NCBI GenBank assembly: GCA_031362685.1
Contig: JANLSZ010000129.1
Location: 44,191-108,190, forward strand
Length of the DNA stretch: 64,000 bases
Reading direction: 5' to 3'
Source: Vicinamibacteria bacterium
GTDB lineage: Bacteria; Acidobacteriota; Vicinamibacteria; Fen-336; JAGNNV01
Shown here: piece after piece, positions 1 through 8,200 of the stretch
Layout of the letters: every line of letters begins with the position of its first letter
Numbering within the stretch: position 1 is the first letter of the stretch
Position numbers and translations under genes: made by a program
The notes under the pieces: generated by a model
Database searches by the model: none
What the model saw: only the letters and a program-made list of their open reading frames with translations
Told to the model about the DNA's origin: nothing

Positions 1-18
1 GACGCCTACGCTTCTTTC

Positions 19-729
19 ATGGGTCTCAAAGGCATTCTCGAAAAAATGAAGCTCGTCGAGTCGGAAGACGGGCCGGCGGAGCTGGCCCACGCCCCGATCG
101 CCGCTCCGGCTGGTTCCCCTGCGCGAAAGCCTGGGCAGGCCCCACCCGCCGCCCGGCCGTCGATGGCCGACATCATTCACAAGGTCCCGGCCGCCCGACT
201 GGACGAACAGTCTCTTCCCGGAGGGAACGACATCCCCGACTTCCCCGCCATCTACAAAGCCTCCGGGATCAAGGATCCGAGCCACGGCTTCACCGCCTAC
301 AAGGTTCTGGAGATCCTCTCTTCCCCGGACTTCGAGGCCCTCGATTCGAAGGCCAAGGCTGCGGCCCTCTCCGGCTTCCTCCGCATGAGCCCTCTCGGCC
401 CGGTGGCGATCGCCGACGTCATTCAGGACGCCCTCGCGCGCGACACCGCCCTCGACGGCTTCGAGGGCTTCCTGCGCATGAAACTCGATGCGCGCCGAGC
501 CGACCGGGACAAGGAGAACGCGGCCCTTCAGGCCGGTATCGACGAATTGGCTCGAAAGAACCGGGAGCTGATTCAGGCCAACCAGGAGGCCATGGCCAAA
601 GAGCAGGAGCGCTTCGCCTCGTGGCAGGCCCGAAAACGGATCGAGGAGCAGAAGCTCTTCGACGCGGTGGGACCCTTCGTCGAAAAGAACCCGGTCTCGG
701 TCGGAAATTCGTCGTCAGAAACCACTTAA
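19..729 (+). CDS. Hypothetical protein with a Pro/Ala-rich N-terminal region and a C-terminal coiled coil; first gene of the PspA operon
   Basis: 236-aa ATG ORF. Its TAA stop (727-729) overlaps the AAGGAGA Shine-Dalgarno of the next gene. Charged helical segment ARRADRDKENAALQAGIDELARKNRELIQANQEAMAKEQERF. No family recognised by eye. Confidence 0.6.
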   Translation: MGLKGILEKMKLVESEDGPAELAHAPIAAPAGSPARKPGQAPPAARPSMADIIHKVPAARLDEQSLPGGNDIPDFPAIYKASGIKDPSHGFTAYKVLEILSSPDFEALDSKAKAAALSGFLRMSPLGPVAIADVIQDALARDTALDGFEGFLRMKLDARRADRDKENAALQAGIDELARKNRELIQANQEAMAKEQERFASWQARKRIEEQKLFDAVGPFVEKNPVSVGNSSSETT

Positions 730-741
730 GGAGACATCTTC

Positions 742-1497
742 ATGTTCGGTCGGCTCGGCAGACTCATTAAATCCTGGATCGGTTTCTTTATCTCGTTCGG
801 CGAGGACCCGGAGGTCATGCTCCAGGAGTCGATCGAAGAGATGCGCAACACTCTTCCCCGACTGAATCAGATCCTCGTCACCACCCGCGCCACCGTGATC
901 CGGCTCGAGCAGGAGAAGGACGAGCTCGAAAGAAAGGAGAAGCAGCTCATCGCATCGATCCAGGCGGCGCTGAAGGAGGGCAGCCCCGAGGCCCGGCGGA
1001 TCGCCGAGGATGACGCTTCCACGTTGCAGCAGCTCCGCGAACAATCGACCGCGACCCGGGAGCAACTCATGGCCGCGTCCAACGCGTTCGAAAACGCGAA
1101 CCTCACCGTGGACGACATCAAGGCCAAGCTCAAGGGCAAGATCGAGCAGGCGCGTCTGGCCATTCACGAATCGAAGAAGGCCGAGGTCATGCGCGGCGCG
1201 GCCAACGCTCTCGCCGAACTCGACACCTACGGCACGGCGGCGACCACGGAGAAGTATCTCGACGAGATCAAGCAGAAGGTCGCGGAGAGCAAGGCCTCGG
1301 TGGAGATCGCGACCGGCGGACTCAACGTCGATCGCATCAAGATGGAGCGCAAGGCGCGCTCGATCCAGGCCCAGGGCATCCTCTCCGAGTTCGAAGTGGA
1401 GATGGGCCTCAAGAAGCCCGACGCAGTCGCGGTCGCCGCTCCCTTCCCCGAGGCTGCGCCTGCCCAACCGCAGAAGACACCCCAGGCCGGCTCGTAA
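742..1497 (+). CDS. pspA: PspA/IM30/Vipp1 family protein (ESCRT-III superfamily)
   Basis: 251 aa. The N-terminus MFGRLGRLIKSWIGFFISFGEDPEVMLQESIEEMRNTLPRLNQ matches the amphipathic helix plus EDP..L...I.EM signature of the PspA_IM30 family, followed by a long heptad coiled coil. SD AAGGAGA lies 7 nt upstream of the ATG. Confidence 0.85.
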   Translation: MFGRLGRLIKSWIGFFISFGEDPEVMLQESIEEMRNTLPRLNQILVTTRATVIRLEQEKDELERKEKQLIASIQAALKEGSPEARRIAEDDASTLQQLREQSTATREQLMAASNAFENANLTVDDIKAKLKGKIEQARLAIHESKKAEVMRGAANALAELDTYGTAATTEKYLDEIKQKVAESKASVEIATGGLNVDRIKMERKARSIQAQGILSEFEVEMGLKKPDAVAVAAPFPEAAPAQPQKTPQAGS

Positions 1498-1506
1498 CTC
1501 CGCTCA

Positions 1507-2439
1507 GTGCTCGAGAAGTACCCTGTCCTCAAGAAAGCGGTCGCGAACCAATACCAGGTGATCCTGGTCGCGGCTGCGGCCACCCTGGCCGTGGCCACCA
1601 TTTCGCCGCTGCCCTTTCTGCTTCTTCTGGGCGGGGAGTTCATGGTGCTGCCGTTCATGTTCGAGCGGCTGAAGCGGCGCCTGGAGATCGAGAAGAAGTA
1701 CGCGGCGCGACAAACCGAGACCCTGTCGCAGAACGAACGCTACGACCAGCTTCATCCCGACCAGAAGCTTCGCTACGACGGCCTCAAGAAACTCTGTCGC
1801 CAGATCCAGGGCAACTATTCGGGCCTCACCACCGCGAGCCAGGGGATCCTGGCCGAGTACACAGACAAGTTCGAAGCCATCCTCGCCACCTGCCTGCGAC
1901 GGCTGTGGCTGGTGCGCAAGTACGACTCGATGATTCACGCCTTCGACACCGACAAGGTGAAGGCCGACACCGAGAAACTCAAGGAGTCGCTGGCCGCTCC
2001 CGGCCTCGCTCCCCGGGTGGCCGATGCCTGGAAGCAGAATCTCGAAATCAAGGAGAAGCTGCTGGCCGCGGTCGATCGCAACGTGGCCAATCGCGAGGCG
2101 CTTCTGGCCGAACTCGATTCCCTCGAATCCCTGTTCCAGCTCCTCCTGCAGAAGTCTCTCGCCGCCACCGACGCGCGCGCCTTCTCTGAAGAGATGGACA
2201 GCCTGCTCTCCCAGGCGGATCAGGACGCGGCCAGTGTCCAGGAGATGGAGCAGCTCCTCGGCTCGATGCCGGAGCTTTCCGGCATCCCCTCCATCTCGGA
2301 GGAAGTGGGCCGACCGATGATGGAAACGCCCGAGGCCCTTCAGCCTCTGATGGGCGGGGGCGGACGCAACTCCCGCAGCCCGCAACCAGACCGGTCCGAA
2401 GCCCAGAGACCCCCCAGACGAGGAGAGCGATCGCGATGA
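1507..2439 (+). CDS. Membrane-anchored helical/coiled-coil protein of unknown function (PspA operon gene 3)
   Basis: GTG start 9 nt after the pspA stop; 310 aa. Hydrophobic hairpin VILVAAAATLAVATISPLPFLLLLGGEFMVLPFMF, then about 230 aa of predicted helical sequence and an Arg/Pro/Gly-rich tail. The stop overlaps the next start (ATGA at 2436-2439). Confidence 0.65.
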   Translation: MLEKYPVLKKAVANQYQVILVAAAATLAVATISPLPFLLLLGGEFMVLPFMFERLKRRLEIEKKYAARQTETLSQNERYDQLHPDQKLRYDGLKKLCRQIQGNYSGLTTASQGILAEYTDKFEAILATCLRRLWLVRKYDSMIHAFDTDKVKADTEKLKESLAAPGLAPRVADAWKQNLEIKEKLLAAVDRNVANREALLAELDSLESLFQLLLQKSLAATDARAFSEEMDSLLSQADQDAASVQEMEQLLGSMPELSGIPSISEEVGRPMMETPEALQPLMGGGGRNSRSPQPDRSEAQRPPRRGERSR

Positions 2440-4187
2440 GCACGGTTCCGCCGAAAACGTTCGTCGACACTCTGCCGGGATGGGCCGCCGAACTGGTGCG
2501 CGCCCTTCAAGCCAAGCAGGCGAACACTTTTCTGATTCACGGCACCGTCGCGGATCTCGTACCCGTGCGCTCGTCCTCCGGCCTGCGCTTCCTCTCTCTC
2601 GAATCGTTCCTGCAGCAGGAACTCTTCACCGGCTGGCCCGCGCTCATCACCTACAACCGGGCCGAAGGCCTCGGCTTCTCATCCCCCGAAGCCCGCGGCC
2701 ATTTCCAGGAAAAGCTCAAGAGTTACGACGCCGTCCATGGGACGTCGTACGCCCAGGCCCTGCCCCGCGACCCCGGCAACGCCTTCGCCCTGCTCGACTC
2801 CTACTTCCGCAGTTGCGCCATGGCCCAGCCGGCGAGGCCGGTGGTGATGATGCTTCCCTTCGCGGACACCGTGGTGCCCGCGGGCGACGCGTCGTATCGG
2901 ACTCCGGAAGACCGGGTGGTTCTCGTCTATCTGCGCAAGTGGTCGCAGGACCCGACGCTTCTGGCCAAGAACATCGTGGTGGTTCTGGTCACCGAGACCC
3001 TGGCGGAAATCGACCCCAAGCTGCTGCGCGCGAACGCAGCTCGCGAAGTGGAGATCGTGCGGCCGGATCAGCGCGGACGGCTTGAATATCTCGAGGCGGT
3101 GCGTCCGCCGGAGTGGTACACGAAGATGTGCGAGTTGGAGCCGGTCCGCCTGGCCGAACTCACCGCGGGCATGACCCGCGTTCAGCTCGGACAGATTCTC
3201 GACGGCGCCGACGCGGCCGCCGCCAAGATCACGCGCGACGAGGTTCGGCGCACCAAGAAGGAAGTGATCGAGACCGAGGGTCTGGGCCTTCTCGAGTACA
3301 TGGAACCCAAGTACGACCTCTCGATGGTGGCGGGAATGCCCGCGGTGAAGGAACGCCTTCGTCGCGCCGCCCGCGCCATCGCGCGCGGCAATCCGGCGGC
3401 GGTGCCGATGGGCTATCTCATCTGCGGCCCGGTGGGCAGCGCCAAGACGTTCCTGGTGGAATGCTTCTCGAATGAAATCGGTTTCCCCTGCGTCAAGCTG
3501 AAGAACTTCCGGTCCATGTGGGTCGGTTCGACCGAGGCGAATCTGGAACGGATCCTGAAGATTCTCGCCTCCCTCACCCCGGTCGGGGTGATCATCGACG
3601 AAGCCGATGCCGCGCTCGGAAATCGCGACGCCGGCGGCGACTCCGGCACCCAGAACCGGGTCTTCGCCCAGATCGCCGCGTTCATGGGCGACACCCGCAA
3701 TCGCGGGAAGATCCTCTGGTTCCTGATCACCTGCCGGCCCGATCTTCTCCCCATCGACTTGAAGCGCCAGGGCCGCGCTGAAGAGCACGTACCGCTCTTC
3801 TATCCGGAGACCCCGGCCGAGTACGACGAGATCTACCGGGTCATGTTGAAGAAACTCGGGATCAAGACATCCGTCGCCGATGTATCGGCGGTGGCCGCGG
3901 AGAAATCGCTGATGGGCCTGTCGGGCTCCGACCTCGAGGCGGTCCTGGTGCGGGCGACCCTGGAGGCGGAGGCGGAAGGGGTGTCGGAGATTTCGGCCGC
4001 GCACCTCACCAAGGTGTTCACCGACTTCATTCCGCCCAACAACTCACGCGAGCGGGAGATGCAGATTCTGTGCGCGGTGCTCGAATCGACCAGCCGCGAA
4101 CTCCTCCCCGAGCGCTATCGAGACATGGACCGGGGCGACATTCAAAGTCGCATCCAGGCCATCAAGATCGAACTGCGCCTGGCCTGA
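2436..4187 (+). CDS. Classical-clade AAA+ ATPase with a degenerate N-terminal AAA-like domain
   Basis: 583 aa. Walker A-like ICGPVGSAKT, Walker B GVIIDEADAAL, and a sensor-1/second-region-of-homology-like stretch LITCRPDLLPIDLKRQGRAEEHVPLFYP. The N-terminal ~300 aa carries AAA-like strands without nucleotide motifs (FLIHGTVADLV, VVMMLPFAD, VVVLVTETLAEIDPKLL). Confidence 0.85.
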   Translation: MSTVPPKTFVDTLPGWAAELVRALQAKQANTFLIHGTVADLVPVRSSSGLRFLSLESFLQQELFTGWPALITYNRAEGLGFSSPEARGHFQEKLKSYDAVHGTSYAQALPRDPGNAFALLDSYFRSCAMAQPARPVVMMLPFADTVVPAGDASYRTPEDRVVLVYLRKWSQDPTLLAKNIVVVLVTETLAEIDPKLLRANAAREVEIVRPDQRGRLEYLEAVRPPEWYTKMCELEPVRLAELTAGMTRVQLGQILDGADAAAAKITRDEVRRTKKEVIETEGLGLLEYMEPKYDLSMVAGMPAVKERLRRAARAIARGNPAAVPMGYLICGPVGSAKTFLVECFSNEIGFPCVKLKNFRSMWVGSTEANLERILKILASLTPVGVIIDEADAALGNRDAGGDSGTQNRVFAQIAAFMGDTRNRGKILWFLITCRPDLLPIDLKRQGRAEEHVPLFYPETPAEYDEIYRVMLKKLGIKTSVADVSAVAAEKSLMGLSGSDLEAVLVRATLEAEAEGVSEISAAHLTKVFTDFIPPNNSREREMQILCAVLESTSRELLPERYRDMDRGDIQSRIQAIKIELRLA

Positions 4188-4222
4188 CCGCGCGGAAGCG
4201 CCCCCTTGCTTCACCATCGCCG

Positions 4223-5278
4223 CTACGGCCGCCGCCGCCGGTTTTCATAGGCCGCACGCCAGGTGGGCCCGTAGTACGGATGACCGAGGGCGATCTTCCA
4301 ACACCGTTCCGCGTGGAGTGCGGACCACACCCGGTAATAGAACTTGGCGCCGGCCAGGCAGACATCAAAAACCGGGGTATTGAAGAAGAGTCGCTTGAGG
4401 ACCGATTGCCGCAGCAGGTTCTCCACCAGCGACACCGCGTTGTGCCGCGCGGGCACGAAAGGCACACGGTTCGCGACCGGGTCGAGGCCGCGAATTTCGA
4501 TCTGGCGGAGATCGTTCGTTCCTACTCCTCGATCGACGCATCTGGCCAGATGTCGGATCTGGGTGGGGTCGAGTCCCATCGACAAGGCTTGAACCGTGTC
4601 CAGAGCCACCGGATCGCTCGAGCACAGCACCCGCTCGGCGATCCGCGGCAAACCGGACTTCGGGCCATTCCCTTCGAGACCGATGGTTCCGTCCATGACC
4701 GCGAAAGCCGGACGGATCACCGCGTTCAGATCGGCGATGGCGTCATCGAGAACAAGATGCCATTCGTGCCGGGTCTTGGGGAGACACCCCCACTGGTTCT
4801 TGAGCGCTCCGGTGAGCCCGGTCTTGGCATGGGTCTTCATCACCGGCACCGTGATCAGCACGGTGTCCCGGAGAATCTGGGGCACCTCGATCCTCTTGAG
4901 AACCACGTTCCCGGGCGCATCCACGCTCACCGAACCGATGTTTCCCATGTTCACCCAGGTGGCGCCGGTCCGCTGGCACACCTCGGCCATCAGGCTCATC
5001 CGATGCGCCTTCTCGATGTCCTCCAGCACCTGATCGCACTCGACCAGATAGATCTTGCCCACATGATCGCGAATCGCGTCGATCAAGGTGGCCACGAAGA
5101 ACGGAGAGGTGATGGATCCGGGGATGAACATGTCCCAGCCAAGGTTGACCTTGAGCGAGACGTCCGCTCCCCGGGGCACGAAGCGCGTCCACTCCGCGGT
5201 CTCGAGCGCACGCCGCAGGCCCGCGGGCAGGTCGGTCGGAACCGCCTCCACCGCCACGATCGCCCGGTTCTCATTCAT
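4223..5278 (-). CDS. DUF362 domain-containing protein
   Basis: 351 aa. Segments VSLKVNLG, VPVMKTHAKTGLTGALKNQWG and DGTIGLEGNGP resemble the DUF362 family by eye. The start overlaps the upstream stop (ATGA at 5275-5278). Confidence 0.75.
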   Translation of the reverse strand: MNENRAIVAVEAVPTDLPAGLRRALETAEWTRFVPRGADVSLKVNLGWDMFIPGSITSPFFVATLIDAIRDHVGKIYLVECDQVLEDIEKAHRMSLMAEVCQRTGATWVNMGNIGSVSVDAPGNVVLKRIEVPQILRDTVLITVPVMKTHAKTGLTGALKNQWGCLPKTRHEWHLVLDDAIADLNAVIRPAFAVMDGTIGLEGNGPKSGLPRIAERVLCSSDPVALDTVQALSMGLDPTQIRHLARCVDRGVGTNDLRQIEIRGLDPVANRVPFVPARHNAVSLVENLLRQSVLKRLFFNTPVFDVCLAGAKFYYRVWSALHAERCWKIALGHPYYGPTWRAAYENRRRRP

Positions 5279-6618
5279 CGCGTGAACGCTATCGCCCTCG
5301 AGGCGAGGTCGCTGTGAATCCCCCGCTGGCGAAGAATAACGTCCGCGGTCTGCAGGCCGGAAAGCAAAGCGGTTCCGGTCGAGACCACCGACGGGAACGT
5401 CCGGTAGTTCCCGGCGAAATAGACGTTGTCGAAACGGGTGGAGCGAGGCGGCGGATTGCGGAAACCGCGGGTAAAGACCGGCGAATACATGGGCACCCGG
5501 GCGATGTTGGTCCAGTAGGGGTCGAGATCGAAACCGAAGATCGCCCGGAAGTCTTCGAGATAACCGCTCAGCAGTTCGTCATCGGACTTCTTGAAAAAGG
5601 GCCGGGACCGGCTGTTGAGATGGGTCACGAAGTTGACGCAGGAGTCTCCGGGGGCTCCGATACTCGGATTCAGCGAATTGAGAAGAAAGATCCCGCAGGC
5701 CGCGCGATCCAAAGACGCGAGGTTCATCCAGTAGAAGTCGGGCGACACCTTCTGCCTCGAAGCGCAGATGACCGAGACCAGAGCGGAGTATCGAATCTCG
5801 GCCAGGTGAGGTGTCGTCTCCTCGGGCACGAGCTCCAGGTAGATCTCGGCCGGAATGGTGCTGACCACGATGTCGGCCTGGATCTTCTCGCCACCCTCAA
5901 GTTCGACCGTGCTCACCCGGCCTTCCGATCTCGACAAACCGGCCACCGAGGTCCGGGTTCTTACCGTGACCCCCGCGTCGACCACGAGCTTCGTCACCCC
6001 TTCGCACAGGACCGTGGTCCAGTTGGCGCCAGGGATGTAGCCCAGGGGCGCGGACCCCTCGCGATGATGAAGGCGTGCGCCCAGCCACGCTCCGCTCACC
6101 TCCTCGCAGGGCAGCTCGAACTTGAGGCGAGTCAATGGCTCAAAGAGCGCAGCGCGGACTCCTGGCCCGGACCAGGAGTCGAGCAACTCCACCGCGCTTT
6201 TGTCCTGCCAGTCGGACCAGTCGCTCTTGTTGAACGCTCGAGCCATCATCAAAGTGAATCGGACCTTGTCGGCGAGCGACATGGGAAAGGCCAGAAAGTC
6301 GAATGGGTTCGCGAGGTTGTAGAGCCGGCCGTTCATCCGGAAGAGCATGCGGATGCGTCGCCACTCGACCCTGGGCAGCGCTCCGATCAAGTCGAGAAAG
6401 AAGTGGAGGGTCCGATCCCGGTGAAGAATGTGGTGATATCCGAGCGGATAGAAACGGCCCTCGCGCTCGAAACTACCGGCGAGCCCACCCAGAGTGGCCC
6501 CGCGTTCGACCACGGTTACATCAAAAGCACCCGTCCGGGCCAGGGCGTAAGCGACCGAAACGCCCGAGAGTCCCCCTCCGAGGACGACGACGCGAGGACA
6601 GGTGGCCGGGCTGCTCAA
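5275..6618 (-). CDS. NAD(P)/FAD-dependent oxidoreductase (amine oxidase / phytoene desaturase-like fold)
   Basis: 447 aa. Dinucleotide-binding motif VVVLGGGLSGVSVAYALA...VTVVERGATLGGLA. The ORF-track start is TTG, so the exact start is uncertain. Confidence 0.8.
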   Translation of the reverse strand: MSSPATCPRVVVLGGGLSGVSVAYALARTGAFDVTVVERGATLGGLAGSFEREGRFYPLGYHHILHRDRTLHFFLDLIGALPRVEWRRIRMLFRMNGRLYNLANPFDFLAFPMSLADKVRFTLMMARAFNKSDWSDWQDKSAVELLDSWSGPGVRAALFEPLTRLKFELPCEEVSGAWLGARLHHREGSAPLGYIPGANWTTVLCEGVTKLVVDAGVTVRTRTSVAGLSRSEGRVSTVELEGGEKIQADIVVSTIPAEIYLELVPEETTPHLAEIRYSALVSVICASRQKVSPDFYWMNLASLDRAACGIFLLNSLNPSIGAPGDSCVNFVTHLNSRSRPFFKKSDDELLSGYLEDFRAIFGFDLDPYWTNIARVPMYSPVFTRGFRNPPPRSTRFDNVYFAGNYRTFPSVVSTGTALLSGLQTADVILRQRGIHSDLASRAIAFTR

Positions 6619-6650
6619 GAGAAGCCCAGGATGTTACCGTCAGCGCGGGC

Positions 6651-7238
6651 TTAGGAAGCCTTGGAAAAACGGAGGGTGGCCTTGTGCTTGTCGCCGTTGC
6701 TCATCACCACGGTGATGAGAAGGCTCGATCCCGCCGGCGATTGAGCGGGAACCTTGAAGCTCGCCACGGTGGTGGCGGTCTTGGGATCCACTTTCTTCAC
6801 CAGCAGGTCTGTGGCCAGAGACACACCGTCGCCGGTGACGAGGACCGACGCCACCGTGAGGTCCTTAGTCCCGAAATTGGTGAACTTGATCTGAGCATCA
6901 AACGCCTCGCCCGAGGGCACTCTCTGGGGCAGTCCTTCAATCCCAAAAGTCCCATCGAATCGAGCGCCGATCAGCTTGATCTGAAGTTCGAAGCCCTTCG
7001 GGCCCTTCTTCGTCTGGGTTGGCTCTCCCTCCCAGCGACTCACCCGTGCGGTCAGCATGGGAGGGTCGGCCGGGGTCTGGGGGGCGGGGAGCGCGACCAA
7101 CAGGGCGCCTGCGGTTGAAGGACCGGCGCTCGCTCGGGTCGGTCCCAGGACCGCCGCCACCATAACCGTGAGGGTGCCGGCGGCGCGCCAGGGAAAACGT
7201 GTGGTCATTCGAATCCTCTTCCTATTTGTTTCCGCCAT
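6651..7238 (-). CDS. Hypothetical secreted protein
   Basis: 195-aa ORF with a basic N-terminus and hydrophobic stretch (TLTVMVAAVLGPTRASA), then beta-rich sequence. An alternative start at the MTTRFPW methionine (7208) is possible. No family recognised. Confidence 0.5.
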   Translation of the reverse strand: MAETNRKRIRMTTRFPWRAAGTLTVMVAAVLGPTRASAGPSTAGALLVALPAPQTPADPPMLTARVSRWEGEPTQTKKGPKGFELQIKLIGARFDGTFGIEGLPQRVPSGEAFDAQIKFTNFGTKDLTVASVLVTGDGVSLATDLLVKKVDPKTATTVASFKVPAQSPAGSSLLITVVMSNGDKHKATLRFSKAS

Positions 7239-7303
7239 GGTCGAGACAATATCACCGCTTCGGTCGCATGAGGATGTGAGAGTCTCGGGGGCTGGCCCGT
7301 CAC

Positions 7304-8200
7304 CTACGAAGGCGCGTAGAGGAGATCCAGCAGCTGGCGCTCGACCGTGCGGAATTCGGCGGAGGACTTCAAGGAGATTTCGCGGTGCTCGAACGCGGGA
7401 ACGTTGATCCGGTGCAGAATCCGGGCGGGCCGCGCCGACAGGACGTAGACGGTATCCGCCACGTAGACCGCTTCCGAGACATCGTGGGTGATGAAGATCG
7501 TGGTGTTGTCCTCAGCGCGGGCGATATCGAGAAGCAGGCCCTGCATCCCCCACCGGGTCTGAGGATCAAGGGCCCCAAAGGGCTCGTCCATCAAGACCAG
7601 TCGCGGCTGATTGATCAGGGTGCGCGCGAGGGCGACTCTCTGCTTCATTCCCCCGGAGAGGTCTTTCGGATATCGGCTGGCAAAGTCGGCCAGACCCACC
7701 GCCTTCAGGTATTTGTCGGCGCGGGCTCCCCGTTCCTTCGGGGCCACCCCGCGAAGACGCAGGCCATACTCGACGTTCTCGCGCACCGTGAGCCAGCCGA
7801 ACGACGTATAGGCCTGAAACACCATGCCGCGGTCGCGGCCCACCCCGGTGACCAGTTCGCCATCCACATGCACGGTGCCTTTGGTCGGAGGCATCAAACC
7901 GGCCACCGCTTTCAGGATCGTGGACTTGCCGCAACCCGAGGGCCCGAGGAAGACCACGATCTCCCCCACTCCCGGACGGTCGTCGATCTCGAATGAAACG
8001 TCGCGCACCGCCTCGGTCGCGTGACCCTCTCGATCGATGTAGGTCACACACAGGCCGGAGGTGCGAAGCTTCGGTCCCTTCGCTTTGAGTTCGGGCCGGT
8101 AGCTCGCCTGGGCGGTGCCTTCGCCCACCGTGAGGGCGACGGTGCCGGGCTCGCCCGCCTGGGGAACCGCGGCCGGAGCGGCGGGTTCCTTGGCGGTCAT
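7304..8200 (-). CDS. ABC transporter ATP-binding protein (NitT/TauT nitrate/sulfonate/bicarbonate-type)
   Basis: Walker A GPSGCGKST, signature LSGGMKQRVALAR, Walker B LVLMDEPFGALD. I place the start at MTAKEP (8200), which forms an ATGA overlap with the permease stop. The track ORF extends to 8395, but that N-terminus is Arg-rich and overlaps the permease. Confidence 0.85.
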   Translation of the reverse strand: MTAKEPAAPAAVPQAGEPGTVALTVGEGTAQASYRPELKAKGPKLRTSGLCVTYIDREGHATEAVRDVSFEIDDRPGVGEIVVFLGPSGCGKSTILKAVAGLMPPTKGTVHVDGELVTGVGRDRGMVFQAYTSFGWLTVRENVEYGLRLRGVAPKERGARADKYLKAVGLADFASRYPKDLSGGMKQRVALARTLINQPRLVLMDEPFGALDPQTRWGMQGLLLDIARAEDNTTIFITHDVSEAVYVADTVYVLSARPARILHRINVPAFEHREISLKSSAEFRTVERQLLDLLYAPS

